64,000 nt of DNA, taken from contig CM052817.1 in assembly GCA_028534125.1 (NCBI GenBank), positions 103,976,001-104,040,000 of the forward strand. The letters are read 5' to 3'. The stretch is from Lama glama (lineage: Eukaryota). Shown here in pieces: positions 26,898 to 38,943 of this stretch (the first letter of the stretch is position 1; the number at the start of each line of letters is the position of its first letter). The notes beneath the pieces were generated by a model. It was not told the DNA's origin. It ran no database searches and was given only the letters and a program-made list of their open reading frames with translations. Position numbers and translations under genes: made by a program.

Positions 26898-27271
26898 TAT
26901 AAAATAGGAAAGAATAATACTAGAGTCATGGAATACAGATGATGACTACTGATATGTAACATGCACTTGAAGTAAACAAACAAAAATGCTTTGAAATTAA
27001 ATTTATAAGTTTGGCTTTGTTGTTGCTAATGTTGTTATTAGCAGACTGGGAATAATGGGGGAGGAAAGTATGTTTTACCTTCAATTAAAAAGATAAGTCT
27101 TGTTTTGGAACTATTGAGATTAGAGTCTATTTGTTCTTTCACTGATCTCATGAAGTAATTTCTGAACAAAATGCCAGCAACACTGGTAAATAGTTTTGCC
27201 TTTGAAAAATAAAAATCGTATCTTTAGGGGATCAGACTTGGTTTGTTTACATATTCCAGTGAATTTATTAT

Positions 27272-27380
27272 TAATTTATTTAATAGACTTTATTCTTTTA
27301 GAGCAGTTTCAGGTTCACAACAGAACTGAGCAGAAAATACAAAGCGTTTGCACAAAGCCCTCCCCATGCACACATATATA
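27272..27380 (-). mobile_element. L1MC-type 3' end fragment
   Basis: taatagactttattcttttagagcagtttcaggttcacaacagaactgagcagaaaatac. Confidence 0.75.
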
Positions 27381-28285
27381 TTAATTTTAAAATTTTCTAG
27401 TGCTTATATATAAAATAGTATAGAACATTGTGATCTTAATTTTTTAAATTCTCCTGATTACAGGAAAAAATAAATATGAAGGAATAAGTAACAATTGCTT
27501 TAAAAATGAGACATTTCCATTAATGATTTTCACTTTATTGACAAATGTTCTGAATTTACATTGCCAGTGGTAAACGCTGGGCAATTTATCATCCCCAGGA
27601 AACAATGCAGAATATATTACTGAATTTCTTAAAAACTATTATTTATTCTTGCCTTGTTTATTTTCCTCTTGACATACAAAATAATTATTTTGCATACAGA
27701 AATTTAGATTGAGTTTCAGAAGCTTCGTGAAAATTTGTTGGAACCTTTGATAATGTGGAGAGAAAATGGAGAGGCACAGAACTCAATTTTTAAGAAAAGT
27801 GTTGTAATCATTTTTATACCAAGAATCATTGTCACCATCCGCATTGTAATCATCGTATAGCCACTACTAGGGAGACATTTAAAGAACTTTAACAGTGGAA
27901 CATTTGCTCTCACAATGCACCTCGGGATTAGTGCATATTAAATGCAGCTGCTGAAGCTCCAGTTTGGTAAGAGACTTGCTCAAGATCACAAAAAAATCAA
28001 TAACAGAGTTATAGAAAGAACTCATAAAATTATATTAGTAGGTCAAAGTGTATTGGCCACTAAATAATCTTACTCTTCCACCAGTGCTTAATGAAAAAAA
28101 TTGTGTGCCATGGTTTGATACATCCGGCGATAATACAGTCAGAGTACAGGTCAATTGTTAATTTCTCTAGGGCCTGACTTTTGTATAACTGTAAGCAAGT
28201 CATTTTAATTTCTAGATCTTTGAAAGTGTGATGTTGTTCACGAATGGCTTCCTATGTTTACCAAGTGTGGATTATTATGGGGTGA

Positions 28286-28866
28286 TGTGGGCAGGTTATA
28301 TTTTTCAGTATGGCCTCAACAACATCTCACATTGCACATATGCTTGAGCAATGTGACTTTGCCATTCCCCTATGAAGGGTAGGGGTCTAATTGTGCTCAC
28401 CTGAGATCTAGGCTGGTCTTAGTCACTTACTTATAACCAATGGAATGCACCAAAAGTGATGCTGCATGAATTCCCAGGCTGAGTCAGAAAAAGCCTGGCC
28501 ACTTCTGCCTTGGTCTGATGGAGAGCACTCGCTTTTCCTCCTCTCAGATTCCCACTCTGGGAACCCCAACTCATCCTGAGGTTCACAAGTCACCCTGAGG
28601 GGCCACATGTAGCGTTGACAGGCCTAGCTGAACTCAGCCTTTACATCATCCCAGTTCTCATGCCTAGAGAAGGAGCCTCCAGATGATTCTAGACTCCAGC
28701 TCTTGGAGTTGTCTGAGACCCCAGATAGCGCAGACTAGATGCAAGCCATCTGTACTGCACACTGTCCAAATTCTTGAACTATAAAATACATAAGGAAAAT
28801 AAAATGGTTATTGTTTATGCTATGAACTTAAGGGAATTTGTTATGCAGCAGGAGATAATTCGAATA
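28286..28866 (+). mobile_element. MaLR MLT1F-H type LTR
   Basis: caatgtgactttgccattcccc, accaatggaatgcaccaaaagtgatgctgcatgaattcc, ttgttatgcagcaggagataa. Confidence 0.85.
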
Positions 28867-29679
28867 GATGGTGAAAATGAACTCTTCAGACAAAATAAAA
28901 ATTTTGCTATCTATCCCTTGAAATGTCTGCTGGAGCAGAGAATTGTTGATAGTGTTGATAGTGTAGAGACAGGAAGCGGTATCGCTGACACCATGTGTGT
29001 TGAGCATCTTACACACAGAGACCTCCTATCCCAGGATGTCAGTAGCCTGACCATCTTTCCCACCGAGACCAGAAGCACCAATCTGTAAAGTACCTACAGC
29101 AGTGGATGGGCAGAGGTCTTTGCATTTGGGACAGGCCCAGAGTGAATAACAATCCTTGTGGAAACTTCAGAAGGTGGAGCCCATTTTGACGCAGAGGCAA
29201 AGTCTCTTGGGAAACAGTAACCTGGGTGGGGGAGGGGAAGTCCCTCAACTTACCCAGAATCCCTCAGAAGGCTTGCTCGATCTGGTTGTTTCTTTCAACT
29301 ACCCCTCTTTCCAAGGTTAATTCAAGCAATAGTAAAAGGGTTTAAGTAAACCTCTGAAGAAGACAGTGAGATTCTAATCAATCTGTATACCACAATTCCA
29401 TTTTTGTAAAAAAAAAAAAGTATGTGTCTGTATGTGTACACGTATGCAGGAAATCTGTGTGGAAGAGTGAAAACCACATTGTTGAGACTGATTTCTTACC
29501 TCTCTGGAGAGAATCAGAAGAGGTGAGACAGCAGGCTAGGAAAGGAGGGTTAAAACTCTGTGTCTCCCCTTCCACCGTCCCCACTTTCTCCTTCTTGCAC
29601 TTGATATGGCAGAACCAAGTCATGACACTGTAGATCTCACCTTGGATTTCCTAGATCTGTGTTGTTAAAGACTTGGTCT

Positions 29680-30230
29680 CCTAGCAGACATGTGTGTTCC
29701 ACACTTGATCAAACTTCACTTGCACGTCACTGAAGATGCTCTCAGTCTCTTTTGTTTCAACTAGTACTGAGTCAGCCAGGTCCTCAGAGGCTCCTATAGA
29801 CTCACTCAGGTGCTCCGTGACCACCCCTCACCTTATGCCCGAGCTCTTTTCCCTGCCCAAGGGCTGCTCTGTCGACTTCAAAGCCTGGGGTGCTTAGCAC
29901 ACATGCACACAAAACTCAGAAGTGTGAGGGATTCAGCAGTCCCTCATAGACAGTTTTGACCCTTAGAAAAGGGAGGCAGTAGATAAAAATTTTCCCTTTT
30001 CCTTCCTAGATGGATTCTCCTAAGGTGTAGTTTCTGTGGCTACTCAGAAGCTGATCCTAAGAGATTGCAGTCACATTGCCATGGTCGTTTTGATAAAGCA
30101 CCCCATCCCTTCTCCTGTTCTGATTTCACTTTCCTTTCCTGGCACTGCCATTGCCTAGGATTGCATTCCTTATGAAGTGGTAGCATATGAATCTGTACTT
30201 CAGGCTCTGATTTTTGCTAAACACAAAACA
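29680..30230 (+). mobile_element. LTR16-like ERVL LTR
   Basis: gcacacaaaactcagaagtgtgaggga, gggaggcagtagataaa, cttcaggctctgattttt. Confidence 0.65.
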
Positions 30231-31323
30231 GATGCAAAGAAAAGAGGAATTCCTTAATTTCAAACCTCTTGGCATAACTTCGAACACATATCATCTTGAC
30301 AAACAATTGTCAGAAAAATATTAAGATGATGGCCAAATATTAATCAATCAAAGGCTTGACCTCAGGACATCAGTGTATCCCAAGTGATCACTCGGCCAAA
30401 ATAACAAATGCCAAAAGTGAGAATTACAATTTTGCTGTAGTGGAAGCCATTTCTTGGTAGAGTGATTTACAGGCTCTAAAATAAGAGTGGCTAAGGACCA
30501 CATATTTCCTAAGAAATTAAGAGACAGGCAGAGGGAGAAGAGATAGTTCATAGTTCTTATTAAAAATGAGCACTGGGAGAGATGGGGGAAGTCCAGGAGT
30601 GAGTGACAGTCTGGAAGCAGAGTTCACATGATGCAGGGATGTAAAGTGAGATGAAGAATGAAAAGCCTCCATTGGAACTGGCCCTGGAAACTTGTCCAGG
30701 CAGCAGTTTTATTGTGAATTGCCATCTCGAAACTATAGCTAAACCAGAGCAAAACCAAATACAATAAATAACAAAATATATTCAAGCTACCCTTCACACT
30801 GATACTTAGTGGTCACTTCTAATGACTGGTTTACTACGTATATTCTAATGGAAAAAATCTGCAATTTGTGAGCTAAAAGTGAGCCTGAAGAAACTCATTG
30901 AAGGGGTGGAGATAAAGGAACATGGCTGACTGGTGGCAGAACAGGGCGGAAGTCCAGGTCTCCTGGTTCTTACTCTGTGTCCCATGAGGTCATACAGCCC
31001 TTGAATTCCTTAGGTGAGTCCTTGAAATGACCAGTCTGTCTTGTTGTCCTGTAAGTCCAGTGTCAATCTCAAGACTTAGCACCTAGAAAGTGCTCAATGA
31101 GCATTTATTGAATTAATAAATAGCTATGACCACACCACAGATGTTTAAAGCAAAGCTACTCTATTACTATATTTAAACAGGTACTTATCAATGTAAGATA
31201 TGGAGGAAAGAAATGCTTTCTGTAAAATAATAGTGTTTAATTAGAGTGCTTGCTTGCTGTCAGAAAGATTTTCATCAATATGAAATCAACACTAAGTCCT
31301 GCAAAATTGCTAAGGAGGTCAAA

Positions 31324-31823
31324 NNNNNNNNNNNNNNNNNNNNNNNNNNNNNNNNNNNNNNNNNNNNNNNNNNNNNNNNNNNNNNNNNNNNNNNNNNNNN
31401 NNNNNNNNNNNNNNNNNNNNNNNNNNNNNNNNNNNNNNNNNNNNNNNNNNNNNNNNNNNNNNNNNNNNNNNNNNNNNNNNNNNNNNNNNNNNNNNNNNNN
31501 NNNNNNNNNNNNNNNNNNNNNNNNNNNNNNNNNNNNNNNNNNNNNNNNNNNNNNNNNNNNNNNNNNNNNNNNNNNNNNNNNNNNNNNNNNNNNNNNNNNN
31601 NNNNNNNNNNNNNNNNNNNNNNNNNNNNNNNNNNNNNNNNNNNNNNNNNNNNNNNNNNNNNNNNNNNNNNNNNNNNNNNNNNNNNNNNNNNNNNNNNNNN
31701 NNNNNNNNNNNNNNNNNNNNNNNNNNNNNNNNNNNNNNNNNNNNNNNNNNNNNNNNNNNNNNNNNNNNNNNNNNNNNNNNNNNNNNNNNNNNNNNNNNNN
31801 NNNNNNNNNNNNNNNNNNNNNNN
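31324..31823. other. Assembly gap (exactly 500 N)
   Basis: Run of N; the round length indicates a placeholder gap of unknown true size. Confidence 0.99.
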
Positions 31824-34800
31824 TTATTATTTTTAGTAGCTTTAACCACATATATTAGGATTTTTTTGAACCCTTAGAAACCTTTAATTTCTAGTGAAAG
31901 CTGAAAAGTAAGCAATTATGAGCTACCTTCTACATTAACTTTCTATGGATTGGCAAACTTACACTATTTATGCTTTCTAGAAACATGTATTTTCTCATAG
32001 AAAATTTCTCAGTGTGACACCAAACATATTTACTAGTAAACCCACATATCTTTAGTAGTGGAGGAAGCCAAAAGTGGATAAACCCATGTTTTCAGTAATT
32101 ACTGTTCCAGTATTTCATCTTATTTAGGAATGATTGAAGTATTCAGTGGTTATCCACGATTTAATCTAACTTAACAAAACTTTAAGGTTTAAGGTTTCCA
32201 GAAAAAAAAAAATGGCCAAACTATTTTGAAAGGCCACCTAGAAATTTTTCTCTCACTTACATCCATTTAATTTCCTTAGATTGCTTCTGAAAAGTACCTC
32301 GTACAAGTTATTTTTCTTATTGACAAACGTAACAGAGATAAAATGAGCTTACTTGACTAATACATCCAGGCAGAAAAAGAGTTGTATGTCTGCATTATAT
32401 TCAATGTTGATAACTGTAAAGCTATGTGCATTTTATTTAAACCAACAAACTTAAATTAGGTGTAATGCCAAATAATTTCCCAGATCGTGTTAACTTGGAA
32501 AGCATTTAGGTTAGTTTCTATTTATATTTCTGATAATTTTACAATACCCAGTTCTTACAAGTACTTGCCTTCAACCCAACTAAATAGAGTTCATTATAAG
32601 TCAATTTTGACAAATCCATCTGGAGGTAGAAAAATATCACACATCACATATATGAGAGCGAAAAAGAGAAACATACAGATAGATGCAAATAGAGATGTTA
32701 CCACTTCTGTGGCTAAAGCTTTTTAGCACTAACATTTATGAAGAATATTATTAAGATTTTCATTTGGCTAGTTTCCAGTCCACTTCTACTCACCTTGTTT
32801 TTTTTTTTTTTTCTCCTGAAGTGGGTAATTTTTCTAAAGTTAGCATTTCAAAGAATGGCTTTTAGGTCCTAGAGCAGATAGACATGGAAGATCTACACTA
32901 CAAAGGCACAGAGAAATTTTCTCAGAGATGGAGTTTGGGGGCATATTTGACTATTATCAGAGATCCAGGCGGATTACTATTTAAATTTTTTCTTAAGAGC
33001 AGGACAATTCTCGTTTTAATGTCTCAGTATCTTCAAGCATTTTTAGGTGAATAGAGGAGGTTTGGAGCTTCGTAAAACTTTATTTCTGGAAGCACACTTC
33101 TGGTTCTGCAGAGACTGGATTTGTAGAACAAGGACAGCTGTTTTTAATTCCTCAAAGAACTGGATTGCTGCCTAAATGGTATCAAGGCTCTGATCTGCCC
33201 ATCCCACTTCATTTATCTCCAGTTTGCTTCTTTTCCTCTCAGTACAGAATTTCTTGAAGATCTGCTCCTGTCCTGGGGATATGAATTCTTTGGTGGGGGA
33301 GGAACAATACATCCACAAAGGACATTGTATAGGAAGACCTGAAGCTGGAAGAGCCTGACTGCAGAGCCCTGAGAAGTAGGAGGAATTGTAAAGGACAGCA
33401 GAGCAAGCCCTACTGTCTCTCTTGGCTGCTTCTGCTAAGTTTATTTCCTGAATTTTAATGTTAACACGAGTAGCCTGTATATTCCAGACCTGGAAGTCAG
33501 GCTGTACTGTTCTCTGTAAATCTTGCAAAGAGAGGGAAATCAAAATGGGCAGCTGAGCCTTTAAGGAGTTCCTGGGGGAAATGGGAGTTATTTAGCAATC
33601 TAGGGGAATTTGCTAAGGCAGCGGGGCTGGATTTTGAGAGATCTTTAGACAAGGGGCCAGAGATCCAAAAGATCTTCTGAAGGGTTGAGTAGGGAGTTGT
33701 GGATAAATGCGCATAGAAGAGGGTGTGATTTACATTTATATTCAGATTTGGATTTTAGTTTTCATTGCAAGTTGAGTTTTTGTGCTTTCATCTTGGTAGG
33801 GGAGTCTTTAAGGCTAGCCATTATGCTGCTTTGTAGCCACTTCTTAATTTGGTTTTCCCATAGGTATCAATGAGACAATTTTTAGGACGAGAGTTGTCTA
33901 CATAAATATATATATATATATATAGCCAATTTAAAGTTCCGTTGTCTGACCATTGATGAGTAGGATCAGTTAATCTCAATAGCGACTCAAACCAATCAGG
34001 CTTTTGGTGGCTTAACCAAGGATGCGAGAGGTGACCTACAAGAGAGTGCAAGAATATAGCCCTCACAAGATCCAGAAGTTCACTCCCAGAGGCAGCCTGA
34101 GAAGGTAAAGACTTCGTTGTCACAGGTGGTAAAAATGGTGCAGTGCAACTAGTGTCTTCAGTTTCCCATGAGAATATGAGGAACCTCTGGTCACAGACCC
34201 ACTAACCTGTGACACCAGGCAGGTACTACTGGCATGGACTTTTCCAGCACTAACAAGACAATTAAGGGTGAGATGACAAAGGCCTCTGATAGACCTGGAC
34301 CTTTATGACAAACTCCCTTGAGAGCTGGCATGACCGGACGGAGATGCCAGGCACAAGTCCAGGTTGTCACCTGTGTTTCTGACCAATGGCTTATTGGATC
34401 CACAGCTATTCAGCTGCCTGCCAGATGCACACCAGTGCATACGTCCTGCGGTTGATGGAGACCTGAAAGAATGTTCTCATTGGTCATAAAGCCAAGTTCT
34501 TAAGACAAAGAGCCACATGAGAGAAACAAAGGAAACAATGATTATCTCTTGGGGGGAGTAAGGGATTAATAAAAAGCAGGAACACTCCTAACCAGTCCTT
34601 AGTGAAGTCACTATATCCAAGGAACCAGCTTCCACAAATATTTTTTCCTGCTAATCCAAAGTTAGAAAGTGAAGAGGATTCTCACCACTTTTGCTTCCAT
34701 TGGGCCCTGGAGGCAGAGATGTGGGAGACTGATTTGGTAAGAATCCTTATCTTCTGCCTGCTTTTTGTCAGAGGTCCCAGGGCCTCTCAAAGAGCCCCAG

Positions 34801-34846
34801 AGCAAACAGTGTCCAGCCAGTGAAGTGTCCTGCCCACTGTGACAAC
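31824..34846 (-). mobile_element. ERV1 (MER4/MER34-group-like) internal region: PBS, leader, gag-matrix remnant and non-coding AT-rich body
   Basis: Directly follows an LTR end and a PBS-like 18-mer. Minus-strand QWSDNGTLN (~33930-33960) resembles the WPxxGT/SF/LN motif of class I gag matrix. No intact pol or env. Confidence 0.65.
34827..34844 (-). promoter_or_regulatory. Degenerate primer-binding site, tRNA-Ser-like
   Basis: TGTCACAGTGGGCAGGAC lies 2 nt after the LTR terminal CA and resembles the Ser PBS type TGGCG(C/T)AG..(A/G)GCAGG after CpG decay. Confidence 0.55.
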
Positions 34847-35112
34847 TGCTGGGGAGGAACAGCCTTCCTTTTTTCCCTTCTAGGGTCTTTGGCTGATTTA
34901 ATAATTAAATTGATAGAAGGCAGGTTAACAGGAGAAAAACAAGCAAATGTTTAATAACAGGTATGCCCCCTGTATATAAATGGGGAGACCCAGGAAAACT
35001 GAGTAACTCCCTAAATGGTGGAAGCCCTGACCTGAAGTACCATCTCCAGCTCAAGCAAAAGAAGATGTTGACGGTGGGAAGTCAGTTATGAGAAGTTCTC
35101 AGGAAAACCCCA
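34847..35112 (-). mobile_element. Partial 5' LTR (MER34/MER39-like); start of U3 missing
   Basis: Homologous to the 3' half of LTR 40155-40668; ends ...TTCCTCCCCAGCA on the minus strand. Confidence 0.8.
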
Positions 35113-35379
35113 TTTGAATTAATTGTTCTTTTTTCAAAATACTTTTTAGCATTAAAAATATGTATAGTAGGTTTGTAAGTTAATCTTTGCAGAAATACAT
35201 ACATATTCTTGAATCATTTCTCCTTTTTAATGCTCATAAAAAACCCATATCTGAAAAGTTTTTCATTGTGTAGCTTGGCAACCTTTAGGTCTATCTCTAG
35301 GGAAAGCACAGAGCACTAAACTGCATTTTAGAGGGAAGGTTTAGGGCCAAAAGAAGCACTTTCTGAGAGGCATTACTTT

Positions 35380-35590
35380 AAAAAAACAGAAAAAAAGAAA
35401 TAATGGAATAGAAAAGCAGTATCAGAGTGTTCTGCAGTTAGTAAGGGGAAGGATTATTCTGCAACCCTTTATTTGAGGTGTTTCTGTGTTTCTGTGTGCA
35501 TGTCTGTGTGTGTGTGTGTGGGTGTGCATGTACTAAATCATGATATAAAAGGTATTGGATATTGTGGGCTGTAGTCAAAAGGTGAAACTA
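35380..35590. mobile_element. hAT-Charlie-like MITE remnant
   Basis: (TG)n followed by atcatgatataaaaggtatt...tgtgggctgtagtcaaaaggtgaaa resembles an old hAT-Charlie terminus. Confidence 0.4.
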
Positions 35591-35827
35591 GAACAATTTA
35601 GTTAACACGTTGATGTTTTTATTCAGGAGAAAACAACCACCCTTAGCAGTGGGGTGCTCTTTCTGATGGTTTTTGGGCAAGAGTGAGGTTTATACAGCAT
35701 TCAATGTGGCGATGCAGAACTAGGGCATGGTTGGCTGGGGTTGCATACCTGGTCTCACGTAGAAAGATCAAGGGACAAGGAAGTAAGTATAGAGCCCAGA
35801 GTTGATGGCATCTGGGGAGACATTAAG

Positions 35828-36174
35828 TCTCATAACTGATTCCCCACCCTGAGCATCTTCTTTTGTCTTTAGCTGGAGATGGTACTTCAGGTGAGGGCTT
35901 CCACCATTTCCTGGAGTTTCTCTGTTCCTGGGTCTCTCCATGTATACAAAGAGTATATCTGTTATTGCATGTTTGCTTGTTTTGCTCCCGTTAACCCATC
36001 TTATATCAATTTAATTATTAAACCAGCCAAAGAACCTAGGAGGGAAAAAGAGAAAATGGTCCCTCCCCAGTAGCTGTCAGAGCGGGCAGGATACTTCACT
36101 GACTGGACACGGTTTGCTCTGGGGCTCTTGAAGCTTAGAGACCCTGGGACCTCTGGCAAAAAGCAGGCAGAAGA
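35828..36174 (+). mobile_element. Second partial LTR + PBS + leader of the same ERV1 family
   Basis: Inverted homologue of 34750-35093; PBS-like TGTCAGAGCGGGCAGGAT at 36075-36092. Confidence 0.85.
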
Positions 36175-37185
36175 ATTCCTTGGTGGCATTTGGGGATTGG
36201 CTGACTAGATATACTGCATTTCTGGTCATTTAAAGGAAAAACAAAGCAAAACGAAACAAAACAAAACACCTTGACATGGTTCCTTGGGCACGAGTGGTTC
36301 CATCTCGGGTCTAGAAATTTATCTCACTGTAGTCAAGATGTTTGAATGTCTTTTGTCTTAGAAAAGCCTACAGATAGTGGGAAAGAAAACAAAGAGGAGA
36401 TGTCACTGAGATGAGGAAGCAGCAGCAGTGCAGATCAATGTTAAATAAGCAGGAAAAGCAGGATGCTCGAGGGGCCAGAGCGTCCAAGAGCGGTGGCGGC
36501 GAGTGCTCCGTGTTTAAATGGCTGAGCCAAGGCCATCAGATTTGGCAGTGAACAGGCTCTTGGTGTCAATGAAGAATATAATTTTAATTGGGTGTTGGAC
36601 GCAGTGGCCAGATTTTTAAAGAATTATGGGCTATTAAGGAGAAAAGTCATTTATCAGATGCAAATGATTGATTCAAAGATCTGAATGTAAAACAGAAAGA
36701 AAATGAAGAACAGTTAAGGAACAGGGCGTTGTTGTTCAAGTGGTAGGAAGTGGAATCTATCTGAAAGCCATGCTTGGATTTGGAAATTTGAGGAATTAAA
36801 TGAGAGCAATGACGGTGGAGTGTTATGTGATGCTGGCAGTCACAGCGCGTTTATTGGCATGAAGTTAATGGAGATGGACCGTGGCCAGTGGAGTGGAGGA
36901 TGGTCAAATAGGAAGATGTCAAGAATATATCAAACTAACCTAGTCTGCAGGAGTCAAAGAAAAATTGTGGTCTTGAAAAAAATTTCAAAGCCGTTTAGAA
37001 TGTGTTCTAGTTCATGAATTCTGTATTTCTGAATTCATGTACTCACTAAAATGTATTTGTAGCCCCCGAAACCATACTCCCAGCCCTCTCAGTGTTGCCC
37101 ACACACAGAGGAGCAAAGACTGTGAGTGCCAGATGCACATGTTCCCAGCTGAGGTCCAACAAGGGGGCATGCTACCTTCTGGTTT

Positions 37186-37765
37186 TGTTACTGAACTCAG
37201 GTTCCACTGCTCACAGATTGAAAGCCTGCCTGTCCTTGGGAGACAAGTGTTGATGGGAAGGAAAAGTTGCTTTATTGAGGAGGCCAACAACCTGGGGAGA
37301 TGGCAGACTCGTGTTCAAAACCCAACTCCAAAGATTCTGCTGGATCATGAAAGTTTTTAAAGTGAGAATAGTTTGGGGAGGGGGTCAGGGTCTTTGTCAT
37401 CTTCGACTGTGGGCAGGCTTTCTCTTGAGTTGTTGGGGTGAAGTAACAGGGCTGTGCTCCAAGAATCTTGTGCTCAGCCTGAAGTCACCATCCTCTACCT
37501 GGGTGGGGCCTTAGTTCCTGCAGAAGAAATCAAAGGCTTAGTTCTGTATATTCCTTGAAGAGGAAGCAGGACCTGCCCCGAGGCTGCACTATTGTTTCTT
37601 GACTGCTCCTCCCTTGTCTCTGCATTCCCTCCCCTCCCTGAGTAGCATCTGTTGGAGTCTGCCCTTTGGAACTCAGGGAAGGTCATAGAGGCTGAACGAA
37701 CAGAAATGGGGGACACAGAGAGGATTTATACCTTGGAGGGCCCCGCAGAGTCCTGCTCTGTTTCA
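37186..37765 (-). mobile_element. ERV1 solo LTR (580 bp)
   Basis: TGTTAC...TTTCA termini; exact TSD GTTT (37182-37185 and 37766-37769). Confidence 0.92.
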
Positions 37766-38034
37766 GTTTTAGTCTCTTTGTGGACAAGTCTCCCTTTGGT
37801 AATCTACTTGGTGCCATGTATATCACATTTGAGTTTTGTTGGTGATTCCACTGTTTAAAATGGCCCTGAGCATAGTGCTCAAGTGCTGAGTAGGGTTCCC
37901 ACGGGCAAGAAAGCTGTGATGTGTCTTTTAGGGAAAATAAATGTGTTAGCTAAGCACTGTTCAGGCATGAGTTATAGTGCTGTTGGCTGTGAATTCATTG
38001 TTAATGAAGCAACAATCTATATGAAAGAAGGTGT

Positions 38035-38405
38035 TGTAGGGCAGCACAATTGAGGACTAATCTAGGCTGATTAGTTTTAAAAAACAAAAGACTCAGGAAG
38101 TCTTTCTGGTTACCTCCCCCTTAGCTGCCTTAAAGGCTTGAAATAAAGGGCCTGTTCTTGGCAAAGAATGCTCACCAGAGGACATGGCTGGGTGTGGTGG
38201 GGGAACAGAGCCTAGACGCCAGAGTCCACTCTGTGTCCCGTTGTCTCTGCCTGGCCCAGCAAACATTTATTTACCAAACATTTACTTTTCCATCTCCATG
38301 TGAGTTTCCTCTGAAGTCTCAAACCACTACCTCAACATCTTTTAATTCTTAGACCAGCCAGAAGAACCTAGAAGAGTAGAGGAAAATTTCCTCTTCTTCA
38401 TGACA
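38035..38405 (+). mobile_element. MER34/MER39-like ERV1 solo LTR, apparently internally deleted (371 bp)
   Basis: TG...CA termini; exact TSD GTGT (38031-38034 and 38406-38409); 3' end matches 36010-36070. Confidence 0.85.
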
Positions 38406-38679
38406 GTGTCTTTCAACAGACGCAGATATAAAACAAAGTTATTTATTGATCAGTGGTGGAAATGTGGCCAGATGCTCGCAGGGACCTAATCCAGTATCTC
38501 CCATAGAAACAGAGGTTCTGTGTTTGCTAATCCATGTTCACAGTGGCTGTTCCAAACATAAGTACTGCCAGTGACAAGAACTGACTGTTCTTTTAAATAG
38601 TCCATATCAATATGGCTTATCAATATGGAATAGTGATAATCCTTTAAAATATTTCTCGGTTCTGTGTTGTCTGCCATTA

Positions 38680-38943
38680 TTTTTATATATATAGCATTTA
38701 TATATATGTATATATAGTATTTATACATAATATGTATTTATATATAGTATTTATATATAATATACATTTATAATATAGAAACATTTATATATAAAACATC
38801 ATATGTATATAGAGTATGTATAATATAATGTATATATATAATATAGACACACATGCATATATAGTGTGTATATATAATATATGTAATATAATGTATATAT
38901 AATAATATAATGTGTATATATATATAGAGAGAGAGAGAGAGAG
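38680..38943. repeat. TA-rich low-complexity tract ending in (GA)n
   Basis: Directly visible. Confidence 0.95.

Larger units (their letters stand above)
36995..38587 (+). mobile_element. MER82-like TcMar-Tigger element in three pieces
   Basis: gtactcactaaaatgtatttgtagcccc, gttcccagctgaggtccaacaagg, caggcatgagttatagtgctgttggctgtgaattcattgttaatga; ends gaactgactg. Confidence 0.85.

Noticed and set aside
31237..31858. Four long ORFs of 176-204 aa
   Set aside because: They are artefacts of translating the 500-N gap.
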